A DNA stretch of 64,000 nucleotides, taken from NCBI RefSeq assembly GCF_053078305.1, contig NZ_CP166879.1; one strand, given 5' to 3'. The position numbers and the translations under genes were made by a program. Each line of letters begins with the position of its first letter. The stretch's first letter is position 1. Below the pieces are notes generated by a model that worked only from the letters and a program-made list of their open reading frames with translations, searched no databases and was not told the origin of the DNA. This document shows positions 38,612 to 48,788 of the stretch, piece after piece.

Positions 38612-39733
38612 TTAACGCTCCAAAGAGACTGCCACGTCAAAACCATGGCTTTTAAGAAGTGCATGCTGTTTAGCTTTTTCTAAATCACTAGCCACCATTT
38701 CTGCACACATTTCTTCAACTGTAATCTCTGGCTCCCAACCCAAGACATTTTTTGCTTTTGTTGGATCACCAAGAAGAGTTTCAACTTCTGCTGGTCGAAA
38801 ATAACGAGGGTCAACGCGAACAATAACATCACCAATATTAACACCAACGGCGCAATCTGATGTTTTATTTACAACAAATGCAATCTCATCAACACCAGTA
38901 CCGGAAAACTCAAGTTCAAGTCCAACTTCTTTAGCAGACATACGGACAAATTCACGTACAGATATTTGTTTGCCGGTAGCAATAACAAAGTCTTCTGGCT
39001 GGTCTTGTTGAAGCATCATCCATTGCATACGAACATAATCTTTCGCATGCCCCCAATCACGTAAAGAATCCATGTTGCCAAGATATAAGCATTTTTCTAT
39101 TCCCTGCGAAATATTAGCTATAGCACGTGTGATTTTACGTGTTACAAACGTTTCCCCACGACGTGGGGATTCATGATTGAACAAAATACCGTTACATGCA
39201 TACATTCCATAAGATTCACGATAGTTTACAGTGATCCAATATGCATACAGTTTAGCTACGGCATAAGGTGAACGAGGATAGAACGGCGTTGTCTCTTTTT
39301 GTGGAACTTCCTGAACTAATCCATACAATTCAGAGGTTGACGCCTGATAAAATCGGGTTTTTTTTTCTAATCCCAAAAAACGAATAGCTTCCAATAATCG
39401 TAAAGTACCTATAGCATCAACATCAGCTGTATATTCTGGGGATTCGAAGGAAACAGCTACGTGACTCATTGCGCCAAGATTATAAACTTCATCAGGTTGA
39501 ACTTCAGATAATATCCGAGTCAAATTAGAAGTATCTGTTAAATCACCATAATGAAGTTGTAATTTTAAATTACGATGGTGTGGGTCTTGATATATATGAT
39601 CAATACGGTCAGTATTAAACAAGGAAGATCGACGTTTTATTCCATGAACCTCATAGCCTTTTTTAAGCAGAAATTCTGCCAAGTAGGAACCATCTTGCCC
39701 GGTAATTCCTGTAATTAAAGCTTTCTTACACAT
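38612..39733 (-). CDS. gmd: GDP-mannose 4,6-dehydratase (O-antigen cluster copy)
   Basis: 373-aa intact [28 protein letters not shown]-rich codon usage. Confidence 0.9.
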   Translation of the reverse strand: MCKKALITGITGQDGSYLAEFLLKKGYEVHGIKRRSSLFNTDRIDHIYQDPHHRNLKLQLHYGDLTDTSNLTRILSEVQPDEVYNLGAMSHVAVSFESPEYTADVDAIGTLRLLEAIRFLGLEKKTRFYQASTSELYGLVQEVPQKETTPFYPRSPYAVAKLYAYWITVNYRESYGMYACNGILFNHESPRRGETFVTRKITRAIANISQGIEKCLYLGNMDSLRDWGHAKDYVRMQWMMLQQDQPEDFVIATGKQISVREFVRMSAKEVGLELEFSGTGVDEIAFVVNKTSDCAVGVNIGDVIVRVDPRYFRPAEVETLLGDPTKAKNVLGWEPEITVEEMCAEMVASDLEKAKQHALLKSHGFDVAVSLER

Positions 39734-39743
39734 AAATAACCTC

Positions 39744-40751
39744 TCAAAACTTAGATAGTGATTTATATAGATTATATGTTTCGGAGAAACACTTCCCCCA
39801 TGAAAATTTATTAGATTGCGCTAATCCTTTATTTTTTAATTCATTAGCGTTAGCTTCTACACTTAATAAAGCTGAGAATAAACTTTCAATTGATACTTCT
39901 TCGACTAAAATCGCACTATCCCCCACAACCTCGGGTATTGATGATCTATTTACGGCTATCACAGGACAGCCAGTTCGCATAGCCTCAAGCAAGGGAATTC
40001 CAAACCCTTCATATTCTGAAGGATAGATTAAGCAATAAGCCGAATTATATAATATATTTAGTTTTTCATTTGATACCTTCCCTAAGTACTGGAATCTTTC
40101 TGGAAGATATTCAGATAGTAACTTCATTTCTGCTTTATTTAAACCACCTCCGCCGACTATTTTAAGATTAGTATCAAAAAGTTTAGAAACGGCTTTAACT
40201 GCAAGTTCAAAATTTTTATATCCTGAACGAGCACCGACAAAAAGCACAAAATTTTCTTTTTCTAGATTTAAGTGTCTATAATCTTCCGATACACCATTAT
40301 GAATAACATGTATCTTTTTTTCATCAACCTTAAAGAAATTAATTAAATCCTTGGCTGTATTATTAGAGACACAAATGATTGCATCGCTATTTTTCACAGC
40401 CCATCTTTTTTGTAAGCTATGAACATTGCGCCGAAGTCCTTTCATATACAATTCATATGTGAAATCGTGGACCGTGGTCACAACCGCATATTCCCCATCT
40501 TTCGGAACCCGATAATATGTAGAATGAAATATACTGTAATCTGAATCACTTTTTAATGCTTCAAAACATCTATATCGTTCTAAAAACCGGCATGGCCGAT
40601 GGAGATCATCATTGTGATTTTCATTTTTATCATTAAATTGAATGAATTTGTATTCATCATTTTTTAATCTCTTAATGATTTCTTCAAAGTATACAGTGAT
40701 ACCACCATATGATTGTAAACTTTTCACAATCCCATCATATAATATTTTCAT
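39744..40751 (-). CDS. Glycosyltransferase family 4 (GT-B, retaining)
   Basis: 335-aa ORF with C-terminal EX7E-type motif [22 protein letters not shown]. Confidence 0.75.
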   Translation of the reverse strand: MKILYDGIVKSLQSYGGITVYFEEIIKRLKNDEYKFIQFNDKNENHNDDLHRPCRFLERYRCFEALKSDSDYSIFHSTYYRVPKDGEYAVVTTVHDFTYELYMKGLRRNVHSLQKRWAVKNSDAIICVSNNTAKDLINFFKVDEKKIHVIHNGVSEDYRHLNLEKENFVLFVGARSGYKNFELAVKAVSKLFDTNLKIVGGGGLNKAEMKLLSEYLPERFQYLGKVSNEKLNILYNSAYCLIYPSEYEGFGIPLLEAMRTGCPVIAVNRSSIPEVVGDSAILVEEVSIESLFSALLSVEANANELKNKGLAQSNKFSWGKCFSETYNLYKSLSKF

Positions 40752-40819
40752 TTTTTATTTTCATATATACAGATAACAATACAGTAAGCAATGAAATGGA
40801 TGATTATAATTGTTTCAAT

Positions 40820-41836
40820 TTACTCTTTATATCCATTTGGATTCATTGTTTGCCATCTCCATGCATCTTCCACCATATTATTAAGAGTCCTTTTAGCAAC
40901 CCAACTTAGCTGCTCGTTTGCTAAGGAAGGATCGGACCAACATTCAGCCACATCTCCATTTCGCTCAGAAACGATACGGAAAGGTATATCGCGTCCTGTT
41001 TCCAGTTTAAAAGCGTCGATGATATCTAACACACTATAACCTTGACCAGTGCCTAAATTAAAAACTTTAAGCCCCCGGTTTCTATTGAGATTTTTTAAAG
41101 CGGCAAGATGCCCCTCAACTAAATCGACTACATGGATATAATCTCTTACACCTGTTCCATCTTTTGTCATATATTTATTACCAAAAACATTTAGATAGGG
41201 TAATTTTCCAATTGCGACTTGCGCAACATAGGGAAACAGGTTATTAGGAGTTCCTAAAGGATCTTCTCCAATTAATCCAGTCTCATGAGCACCTACAGGA
41301 TTAAAATATCTTAGTATTGTGATATTTGCGTCGCTATTCGCGTTACAAAAATCACGCAATATATGTTCCACCATAAACTTTGAACGACCGTACGGATTGA
41401 TCACCTCACCGACAGGGTGTTTTTCAGATATTGGAACATAATGAGGATTGCCATAGACAGTAGCAGACGAACTAAAAATTAGATTAGAAATATTCGCTTT
41501 CTGCATTTCATCAAGTAATATTAGAGTCCCCAAAAGATTTGTGTCGTAATATTCTAATGGTTTTTTAATGGACTCGTTAACAGATTTTAAACCCGCAAAA
41601 TGCATTACAGTAGAAACATTATATTTTGAAAAGATATTTTTTAATATATGTCTATCTCTAATATCACCACGTAATTTTTTTATCTTAGATAAGCAAATTT
41701 CCTCTACTCGTTCTAGAGATTTTGGAGAGGAATTGCAATAATTATCTAGCGATATAACATCATATCCATTTTGCAATAAAGTTAATATAGCATGTGAGCC
41801 AATATAGCCAGCCCCACCAGTCACAAGTATGCTCAT
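40820..41836 (-). CDS. GalE-family UDP-hexose (Glc/GlcNAc) 4-epimerase
   Basis: 338-aa ORF MSILVTGGAGYIGSH with YxxxK catalytic motif (YGRSK); function as gne or galE not distinguishable from sequence alone. Confidence 0.8.
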   Translation of the reverse strand: MSILVTGGAGYIGSHAILTLLQNGYDVISLDNYCNSSPKSLERVEEICLSKIKKLRGDIRDRHILKNIFSKYNVSTVMHFAGLKSVNESIKKPLEYYDTNLLGTLILLDEMQKANISNLIFSSSATVYGNPHYVPISEKHPVGEVINPYGRSKFMVEHILRDFCNANSDANITILRYFNPVGAHETGLIGEDPLGTPNNLFPYVAQVAIGKLPYLNVFGNKYMTKDGTGVRDYIHVVDLVEGHLAALKNLNRNRGLKVFNLGTGQGYSVLDIIDAFKLETGRDIPFRIVSERNGDVAECWSDPSLANEQLSWVAKRTLNNMVEDAWRWQTMNPNGYKE

Positions 41837-41856
41837 ACTTTAATAGCTCCAATACC

Positions 41857-42924
41857 TTAATTTTCTTGACTATTGGCTCGATTGATCAAACTCATCCACT
41901 GAGCACTAACTATTTCTTCTGAATAATGTCTATTCACGAATAGGAATCCTGCATTTCCGTGTTCGGTTCGTTTAACATTATCTTCAAAGTAAGTTAGTTT
42001 TTCCTGAAATTCAATTTGAGATTGACACACAAATCCGCCACCCGATGAAGAAATCACGCTACTTGTCCCTCCAGATATATCCATTGAAATTACAGGTAAT
42101 CCGTAGGACATAGCTTCAAGTATTGTAACAGGAAAACATTCAAAGTATGAACCGGATACAAAAACATCACTTTTTGCCAAAAAAACATCTGTGTTTAAAC
42201 TCGGCCCATGAAAGTGTATTTGGTTGTTATTCTTATATTTAGATTTGAGATACTCCAGCTCTTGACCACCTCCTACAATGTGTAAAACATACTTTTTTGT
42301 AGACGGGTGATTTATTACTGCATTAATTAACCTTTGAACTCCTTTATCTTTAACAATCCGACCAATATAAATCAAATCAAGAGTTTCTTTTCCTTGATGT
42401 ATGCGCTTATATTTTTGCTTTTTGATTGAATTTGGTATAATTACAACCCTTTTACAAAAACTAAACTTATCTTTTTCCTTGTGAGAATTACAAACTACTA
42501 CAGCTTTTTTATTAAGAGACAAAAGAAATTTAAATACTTTTCTCCAAAAAATACTATTCTTGTCAAATGGATAATGTTCCCAGCAAATAATTTTATTCTT
42601 ATTATACCGAAAAAAACCAATCAATAACAATAATGATGATGTAGCTATATCCGTGGAAATTATTAATTCAAGGTCTTTACTTTTGGCACTCAAAAAAAAC
42701 AAATATTTAATGTAAAACCTTAATTTGCTTTCTTCATATGCAGTATTGTCTTGGAATAAGTAGTTTTTCCGATTATCTTCTCTAACTTGTATCTCTTGTG
42801 CGTTTATTGCTGAAAAACATCTCACTTGTAGGCTGTTTTTAGTTAATATATCAATTAGATTTTCAACTGCTTTCTCAGTGCCACCTATTTTATTTTTATA
42901 CAGCTTAAAGACTCCAATGGACAT
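41857..42924 (-). CDS. Glycosyltransferase family 4 (GT-B)
   Basis: 355-aa ORF with motif SYFECFPVTILEAMSYGLPVIS. Confidence 0.75.
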   Translation of the reverse strand: MSIGVFKLYKNKIGGTEKAVENLIDILTKNSLQVRCFSAINAQEIQVREDNRKNYLFQDNTAYEESKLRFYIKYLFFLSAKSKDLELIISTDIATSSLLLLIGFFRYNKNKIICWEHYPFDKNSIFWRKVFKFLLSLNKKAVVVCNSHKEKDKFSFCKRVVIIPNSIKKQKYKRIHQGKETLDLIYIGRIVKDKGVQRLINAVINHPSTKKYVLHIVGGGQELEYLKSKYKNNNQIHFHGPSLNTDVFLAKSDVFVSGSYFECFPVTILEAMSYGLPVISMDISGGTSSVISSSGGGFVCQSQIEFQEKLTYFEDNVKRTEHGNAGFLFVNRHYSEEIVSAQWMSLINRANSQEN

Positions 42925-42925
42925 T

Positions 42926-44161
42926 TTATTGACTCACTCTTATATATTCTGCTGATTTAACTTCTTTATTGAATAGGAATAATGAGGGCTTATACAATAT
43001 ATCGCACCAAGACACATAAATAATATCTTTACCCATATTTGCCTGTGCCAAATTTATGATTGAACATGCGGCAATGAGTATTAAGAAGATCAGATGCTTA
43101 CATAGTTTGCTAATTTTATTAATATCGTAGGAGAAAAATATATAACTATATAATAACACCCAGAAAATGGAAAATCGATAAAATAAATCAGGCGATAACG
43201 ATAAAAGGCATATCAGCAAAAGAAGTAAACTGCAAAAATTTTTGATTTGTGACTCTTGCCTCGTCATTTTTTTATTAAATAAAATTAAATAGATAAAAGT
43301 AAAAATAAAAAACACTGACGGTAATATGATCTTATTCAAGATATATTCATTAGTGCTCAGCAAGCTATTGCTTATGCCTATGGTTACAGAGTCCATATAT
43401 TCGGGAAAGTAAAAACCTAAGCTTTCCAATAATGGCCTAATCAATTGAAATAGCAAAGAAGATATTAATCCATCATGGTTAAGGATTAGAACTAATATTA
43501 TTAAATACAATATTGTTTTGTTAAGTCTTATTAATTTGCTGACAAAAAAAACACCTAGCAATAGTATTGCGCTGGGATGAATACAACATGAAATAATTGC
43601 AAAAAATATAATTTTTTGTGACTTATACCTATTATTTTCACTGGTGAAATACTGTATAATCATATAAAGCATAATACTAAATGCAAGATATTGCCGCAAT
43701 GAACTAGCTATAGCAAAAAATGGGATTACGCTTATTAGAATATATAAATATATACATCTATGAGATAATTCCGGATTGTATTTTTTAATGTAATTAACAT
43801 ATATATTAAAATAAAAAATATATGATAAAAATGTTGAAAAAAAAGGTAAAAATTCTTTTTTTATTCCTAAAGATTTAAATAAATAAATAACAGTATTTAT
43901 TGTAATATATCTATTGTCACTATTTTCAAAAACTTTGTTTAGTGATGTTTGACTAACATATAAATATGTTTCATAATGCCTAGTCAAATCCCAATTTTCA
44001 TAAGGTATTAACAAAAATGCTAGTACCCCTAGCATAAATGAACATACATAAACACTCCATCTGGCCCCATTAATCATTTCAATCATTGCTAATAATAAAG
44101 CAAGAGGCAAATAAATTATTGAAATAAATGAAGCACTAATTTTTATGTTTCTATTAATCAT
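42926..44161 (-). CDS. wzy: O-antigen polymerase
   Basis: 411-aa highly hydrophobic, very AT-rich ORF with multiple TM segments and Ile/Leu/Phe/Tyr-rich composition; position inside O-antigen cluster. Confidence 0.7.
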   Translation of the reverse strand: MINRNIKISASFISIIYLPLALLLAMIEMINGARWSVYVCSFMLGVLAFLLIPYENWDLTRHYETYLYVSQTSLNKVFENSDNRYITINTVIYLFKSLGIKKEFLPFFSTFLSYIFYFNIYVNYIKKYNPELSHRCIYLYILISVIPFFAIASSLRQYLAFSIMLYMIIQYFTSENNRYKSQKIIFFAIISCCIHPSAILLLGVFFVSKLIRLNKTILYLIILVLILNHDGLISSLLFQLIRPLLESLGFYFPEYMDSVTIGISNSLLSTNEYILNKIILPSVFFIFTFIYLILFNKKMTRQESQIKNFCSLLLLLICLLSLSPDLFYRFSIFWVLLYSYIFFSYDINKISKLCKHLIFLILIAACSIINLAQANMGKDIIYVSWCDILYKPSLFLFNKEVKSAEYIRVSQ

Positions 44162-44883
44162 CTTTTTATAACTTTTCTCATAAATAGGTAAATATCTGCT
44201 AACGCCGCATATAATTTCCCGTTTCTTTTCTTTCGGATTTGTCTCGCTTCCTCCAATGCTAATTTTACATTTTTAGCGCTAAGGCCGGCATTTCTCATCG
44301 AAGAGATATTTTTATCAATATAATGAAAGATATAACCTTGTTTCTTCAATTTTAGCAAAAGATCATAATCAGAAGCAATTTTATAGCTAGTATTAAATAA
44401 ATTTTCTCTGTGGATATCTTTTTTAATAAATGTGGCCGGATGGCTTAAATTCATATCTATATGTAGTTTCCAGTCTTTAGGCCTCCGGACCTGAATAACA
44501 TCCAAGCTATCAGCCTCTACCAAAGACATATTTCCATAAATAACATCATATTTATTTTCTTTCATTACTTTTATTACTTGACATAATACATCTTTATTAT
44601 AAAAATCATCAGCGTTTATAAATCCTATATAATTCCCAGATGCTTTTAACACACCTTTATTCATTGCATCATATATACCATTATCATTTTCAGAAATGAT
44701 ATATGAAATTTCATTTTTGTAAGAATTAACAATATTTAGAGTATTATCCGTTGATGCACCATCAATTATAATATATTCAATGTCATCATTGCAGTTTTGT
44801 GATAAGACACTTTTTATAGTATCTTCGATATACATTTCGCCATTGTACACAACGGTAACTATTGTTAAAGTTGGTTTATTCAT
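44158..44883 (-). CDS. Glycosyltransferase family 2 (WcaE-like), paralog of 34958..35716
   Basis: 241-aa ORF LTIVTVVYNGEMYIEDT, IIDGASTDNT, DD motif. Confidence 0.75.
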   Translation of the reverse strand: MNKPTLTIVTVVYNGEMYIEDTIKSVLSQNCNDDIEYIIIDGASTDNTLNIVNSYKNEISYIISENDNGIYDAMNKGVLKASGNYIGFINADDFYNKDVLCQVIKVMKENKYDVIYGNMSLVEADSLDVIQVRRPKDWKLHIDMNLSHPATFIKKDIHRENLFNTSYKIASDYDLLLKLKKQGYIFHYIDKNISSMRNAGLSAKNVKLALEEARQIRKKRNGKLYAALADIYLFMRKVIKR

Positions 44884-44891
44884 TGTTAGCC

Positions 44892-46127
44892 CTACAATAA
44901 ATTTAAATTATTTAATTTATTTGTTTTCTTAATCAAAAAGTAAAATCTCGCCATTATTATAAACTCAGTTGAAATAACTCCTATTGCTGTACCAACTCCT
45001 GAGTATTCATTAGTCAAATAAGTAATTATCAGTAGGCCTATTAATCCACTGGTAGTAATAATTTTTGTAAACTCTTTTTTCATACCAATAGGGATCATTA
45101 CTAAAATTGCAATATAATTACTTACCGTAACTATTGCTGGAGTAAAAGCTAAAACCTTGAGTATTTCTAAAGATTCATGATACGTTTTTCCATACATGAT
45201 TAAAATTATATCGTCTGCAAAAAAGTAAAGAAATATGGAAAGTACGAACATCAGTGAAAATTGCCATCGAAACACTTTCCTGGCTAATAATAGTCCATCG
45301 TCATGATTATCCTTCATTATATAAGTTACTCTAGGAAAAACAGCTTGGGTTATAGGACCAATAACGCCTTGTAGTGCAAGCCTAATTTTATCTGCAGCGA
45401 TAAAATATCCCACTGCAGTTGTTCCTGATAATGCACCTAATATTATTGTTGAACTAGTAGTATAAAGGCTTATTGCTGCAGAGGAAATGAAGTAATGCCA
45501 TCCATCATAAATTAACTCTTTCATTTTGGATAAGGATGGTGGTACCCATATTATTTTTTTAAGAGAAAATAAAAAATATGTAGATATTATACCTGCAATA
45601 ACTGTTATTGATGATTGTATTGTTATCGCTATACCAAGATCCTTTTCACTTTTAACCAATAAAAATGTTAAACATAGTGTAAGTAAGCGTGCGGAAAACA
45701 TACTTATCGCTATTCCTAACATTTTTTCCAGCCCTTGAAAAAACCATACTGGATATATTAAATTTCCTACGACAGATATGTATGCAAGAATGATAAATTT
45801 AATTTGGTAATCAATGATATTCAATTCCGAAATTAAATAAATAATTAACAAACCAAGAGATGCAGCAATTATTTTGATAAACGTTACATTCCAAAAAACT
45901 TTACTTATGGAATCAGTATTTTCCCTTGATATTGATATTATTTTGGGCGCTGAGTAGTTAAATCCGTAATCAATAAATAATATAAAATATTGGACCACAG
46001 CAAAACTATACCCATATATCCCGTATCCTGTAGGTTCAAGGATCCTGACAAGATAAGGCAGTGTGACCAATGGAAATATATAATTGCCACCTTGAACGCT
46101 TAATAAATAGATGATGTTTTTTAACAT
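44892..46127 (-). CDS. wzx: O-antigen flippase (MOP/PST family)
   Basis: 411-aa polytopic membrane ORF, first gene after JUMPstart; AT-rich. Confidence 0.72.
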   Translation of the reverse strand: MLKNIIYLLSVQGGNYIFPLVTLPYLVRILEPTGYGIYGYSFAVVQYFILFIDYGFNYSAPKIISISRENTDSISKVFWNVTFIKIIAASLGLLIIYLISELNIIDYQIKFIILAYISVVGNLIYPVWFFQGLEKMLGIAISMFSARLLTLCLTFLLVKSEKDLGIAITIQSSITVIAGIISTYFLFSLKKIIWVPPSLSKMKELIYDGWHYFISSAAISLYTTSSTIILGALSGTTAVGYFIAADKIRLALQGVIGPITQAVFPRVTYIMKDNHDDGLLLARKVFRWQFSLMFVLSIFLYFFADDIILIMYGKTYHESLEILKVLAFTPAIVTVSNYIAILVMIPIGMKKEFTKIITTSGLIGLLIITYLTNEYSGVGTAIGVISTEFIIMARFYFLIKKTNKLNNLNLL

Positions 46128-46207
46128 AACGAGCCTACGTACTTAACAAGTCTTATTTTGCACGATAGTTTACAATTTGTTAAGTAATATGGGATAAACA
46201 TTTAATT

Positions 46208-46246
46208 CACGCTACCGCCCCTGGCTCAACAGCTACCAGCGTACTG
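46208..46246 (-). promoter_or_regulatory. JUMPstart element containing the ops site (GGCGGTAGCGTG) for RfaH-dependent antitermination
   Basis: Plus strand reads cacgctaccgcccctggctcaacagctaccagcgtactg, the reverse complement of the canonical 39-bp JUMPstart; upstream of wzx in operon orientation. Confidence 0.85.
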
Positions 46247-46496
46247 CATGCACGTCCTAATTGTAACTAGCATTAACCGTTATGGTTAGTTCGAAAAGCT
46301 TAACTCTGAACGTTTTACCAAATCGCTTCAGAGATGGAGAAAATCTCAGCCTCCCACAATAAATGCCTATTGAAAAGTTATTGTTACTCATATTTAGAAC
46401 GGTATAAAGAAAGAATGAGGCAATGAGTACAATTAGCCCCACCAATCTTCACTGCCGTTATAATTTTCTTATCAACCGTTACATCCGGTCAGATTT

Positions 46497-47393
46497 TCAA
46501 TATTCGCTTAACAGCTTCTCAATACCTTTACGGAACTTCGCCCCTTCTTTGAGGTTGCGTAGTCCATACTTCACGAACGCTTGCATATAGCCCATTTTTT
46601 TACCGCAGTCGTAGCTGTCACCAGTCATCAGCATTGCATCAACAGATTGTTTTTTCGCCAGCTCAGCGATGGCATCTGTCAGCTGAATACGTCCCCATGC
46701 CCCTGGCTGCGTGCGTTCAAGTTCCGGCCAAATATCGGCAGAAAGCACATAACGACCTACGGCCATGATGTCTGAGTCCAGCGTTTGTGGCTGATCCGGT
46801 TTTTCGATGAATTCAACAATGCGGCTGACTTTGCCTTCACGGTCCAGCGGTTCTTTGGTCTGAATGACGGAGTATTCAGAGAGGTCACCCGGCATACGCT
46901 TTGCCAGCACCTGGCTACGGCCCGTTTCATTGAAGCGCGCAATCATGGCAGCAAGGTTGTAGCGCAGCGGGTCGGCGCTGGCGTCGTCGATCACTACGTC
47001 TGGCAGTACCACGACAAATGGGTTGTCGCCAATGGCGGGTCGTGCACATAAAATGGAGTGGCCTAAACCTAAAGGTTCGCCCTGACGCACGTTCATAATG
47101 GTCACGCCAGGCGGACAGATAGACTGCACTTCCGCCAGCAGTTGACGCTTCACGCGCTGTTCAAGGAGAGATTCTAATTCATAAGAGGTGTCGAAGTGGT
47201 TTTCGACCGCGTTCTTGGACGCGTGAGTTACCAGGAGGATTTCTTTGATCCCTGCAGCCACAATCTCGTCAACAATGTACTGAATCATTGGCTTGTCGAC
47301 GATCGGTAGCATCTCTTTGGGAATCGCCTTAGTGGCAGGCAACATATGCATCCCAAGACCTGCTACCGGTATAACTGCTTTTAAATTCGTCAT
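46497..47393 (-). CDS. galF: UTP-glucose-1-phosphate uridylyltransferase paralog GalF
   Basis: 298-aa [47 protein letters not shown]. Confidence 0.92.
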   Translation of the reverse strand: MTNLKAVIPVAGLGMHMLPATKAIPKEMLPIVDKPMIQYIVDEIVAAGIKEILLVTHASKNAVENHFDTSYELESLLEQRVKRQLLAEVQSICPPGVTIMNVRQGEPLGLGHSILCARPAIGDNPFVVVLPDVVIDDASADPLRYNLAAMIARFNETGRSQVLAKRMPGDLSEYSVIQTKEPLDREGKVSRIVEFIEKPDQPQTLDSDIMAVGRYVLSADIWPELERTQPGAWGRIQLTDAIAELAKKQSVDAMLMTGDSYDCGKKMGYMQAFVKYGLRNLKEGAKFRKGIEKLLSEY

Positions 47394-47635
47394 TCTTTTC
47401 CTACCTCTAAGTGGCTGATAGTGCGTAAATTATTGCCATAGGTTAGCCAAACGTTATGGCTATATACCAAAGCTTAGTTCCGCATAACTTTGCTTAAACC
47501 TTAGGATAACACTACACACCATCAGCATCTGGGTTACTCGGATTACTCGGAATTCCGCATACTGATAATTTAATCAGTACCTCTTTCCGAATAATCGTAG
47601 TCCAACCTGGTCCTTTTTTCTCTGACTTGTCTGCA

Positions 47636-48631
47636 TTACTCAGAAACAAACGTTATGTCGTCTTTTTTGGCATGAACGAATTCATACTGCAGAGTTCGAT
47701 CCAGACCTTGCGACAGCGTATACGGTGCCACAAAACCTGAAGAATGCACTTTCGTTGCGTCAAACTGTGTTGTTGCGCAGAATTTTTTCACGCGCACTGA
47801 GCTGACAGCGTATTTTTTGCCCGTAATTTTGCTCAGGATATCAAAACAATATCCACCCAGCATTCCTAGTGGGTAAGGCAAGTGCATAGAAGGGATCTTT
47901 TTGTTCAGGCTTTGTTCAACTTCAGCAACCAACTGGTTCATGTTCAGGTCTGGCTTATCAACGTAGTTATAAACCTCATAACCTGCGGCAACATTCTTCA
48001 GTTTGTACTTGATAAACTCAACAATGTTTCCAACATAAGCCATGGACTTATAGTTAGTCCCTGCGCCCACCATCATAAACTTGCCGCCAGCGATCTGTTT
48101 CAGCAAGTTATAGACGTTACCGCGGTTGCGTTCACCGAAGATAACGGTAGGACGGATGATGGTTAATGAACGTTCTGTTGGTGCTTTGTTATACCATTCA
48201 CGCAGCACTTCCTCTGCCTGCCACTTACTTTTGCCGTAGTGGTTGAAAGGATCGTGTGGATGGTTTTCGTCAGGGTTGTGTTTGTTCAAACCATAAACAG
48301 CAACGGAACTGGTAAAGATGATATTTTTAACGCCATTTTTTTCCATGGCCGCCAGCACATTGCGGGTACCCTGAACGTTGACATCATAATAGAGAGAAGT
48401 AGGGCTGACGTCATCGCGGTGTTCCGCTGCCAGTAGTACAACAGTGTCAAAACCGGCTAACGCCTGGTCGAGTGCCTGTTGATCACGAACATCACCAATC
48501 TGTGTGATTTCTGGATAAAAGTGGCTCTGCTGTTTGTCCAGGTTCTTGATATTAAAGTCAGCAATTGCCGTTTCAAGTAGTCGGGTTCCTACGAATCCGG
48601 AAGCTCCTATGAGCAAAACGTTATCGTTCAT
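47636..48631 (-). CDS. gnu: SDR-family sugar epimerase between galF and wcaM (Gnu/Gne-like, GalNAc-related 4-epimerase)
   Basis: 331-aa ORF MNDNVLLIGASGFVGTRLLE with YGKSK catalytic motif; a 331-aa epimerase at this locus is known from O157-type strains (Z3206); symbol assignment is from memory. Confidence 0.65.
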   Translation of the reverse strand: MNDNVLLIGASGFVGTRLLETAIADFNIKNLDKQQSHFYPEITQIGDVRDQQALDQALAGFDTVVLLAAEHRDDVSPTSLYYDVNVQGTRNVLAAMEKNGVKNIIFTSSVAVYGLNKHNPDENHPHDPFNHYGKSKWQAEEVLREWYNKAPTERSLTIIRPTVIFGERNRGNVYNLLKQIAGGKFMMVGAGTNYKSMAYVGNIVEFIKYKLKNVAAGYEVYNYVDKPDLNMNQLVAEVEQSLNKKIPSMHLPYPLGMLGGYCFDILSKITGKKYAVSSVRVKKFCATTQFDATKVHSSGFVAPYTLSQGLDRTLQYEFVHAKKDDITFVSE

Positions 48632-48788
48632 AAATCACTTTAGTCTGGTTGTTACGTAAGAAACACAAGATAAAGATGAGTACCTTCCCTGAGTAGTCAA
48701 TGCTGCCCAGCCCCAGCTTTAACAGTTAGTGTGAGGATTATAATCTTTTAGAACATTATATCCAGTAAGTTTATGAATGGTCGCAAAT

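Noticed and set aside
35788..39733. O-antigen manC-gmm-fcl-gmd as a recent duplication of the colanic-acid genes
   Set aside because: Unlike manB, these are diverged at the DNA level (AT-rich synonymous sites, clear amino-acid differences), so they are old paralogs acquired with the O-antigen cluster, not recent repeats.
46257..46445. 62-aa minus-strand ORF in the galF-wzx intergenic region
   Set aside because: Overlaps the JUMPstart leader region, has no recognisable motif and is more plausibly untranslated 5' leader of the O-antigen operon.
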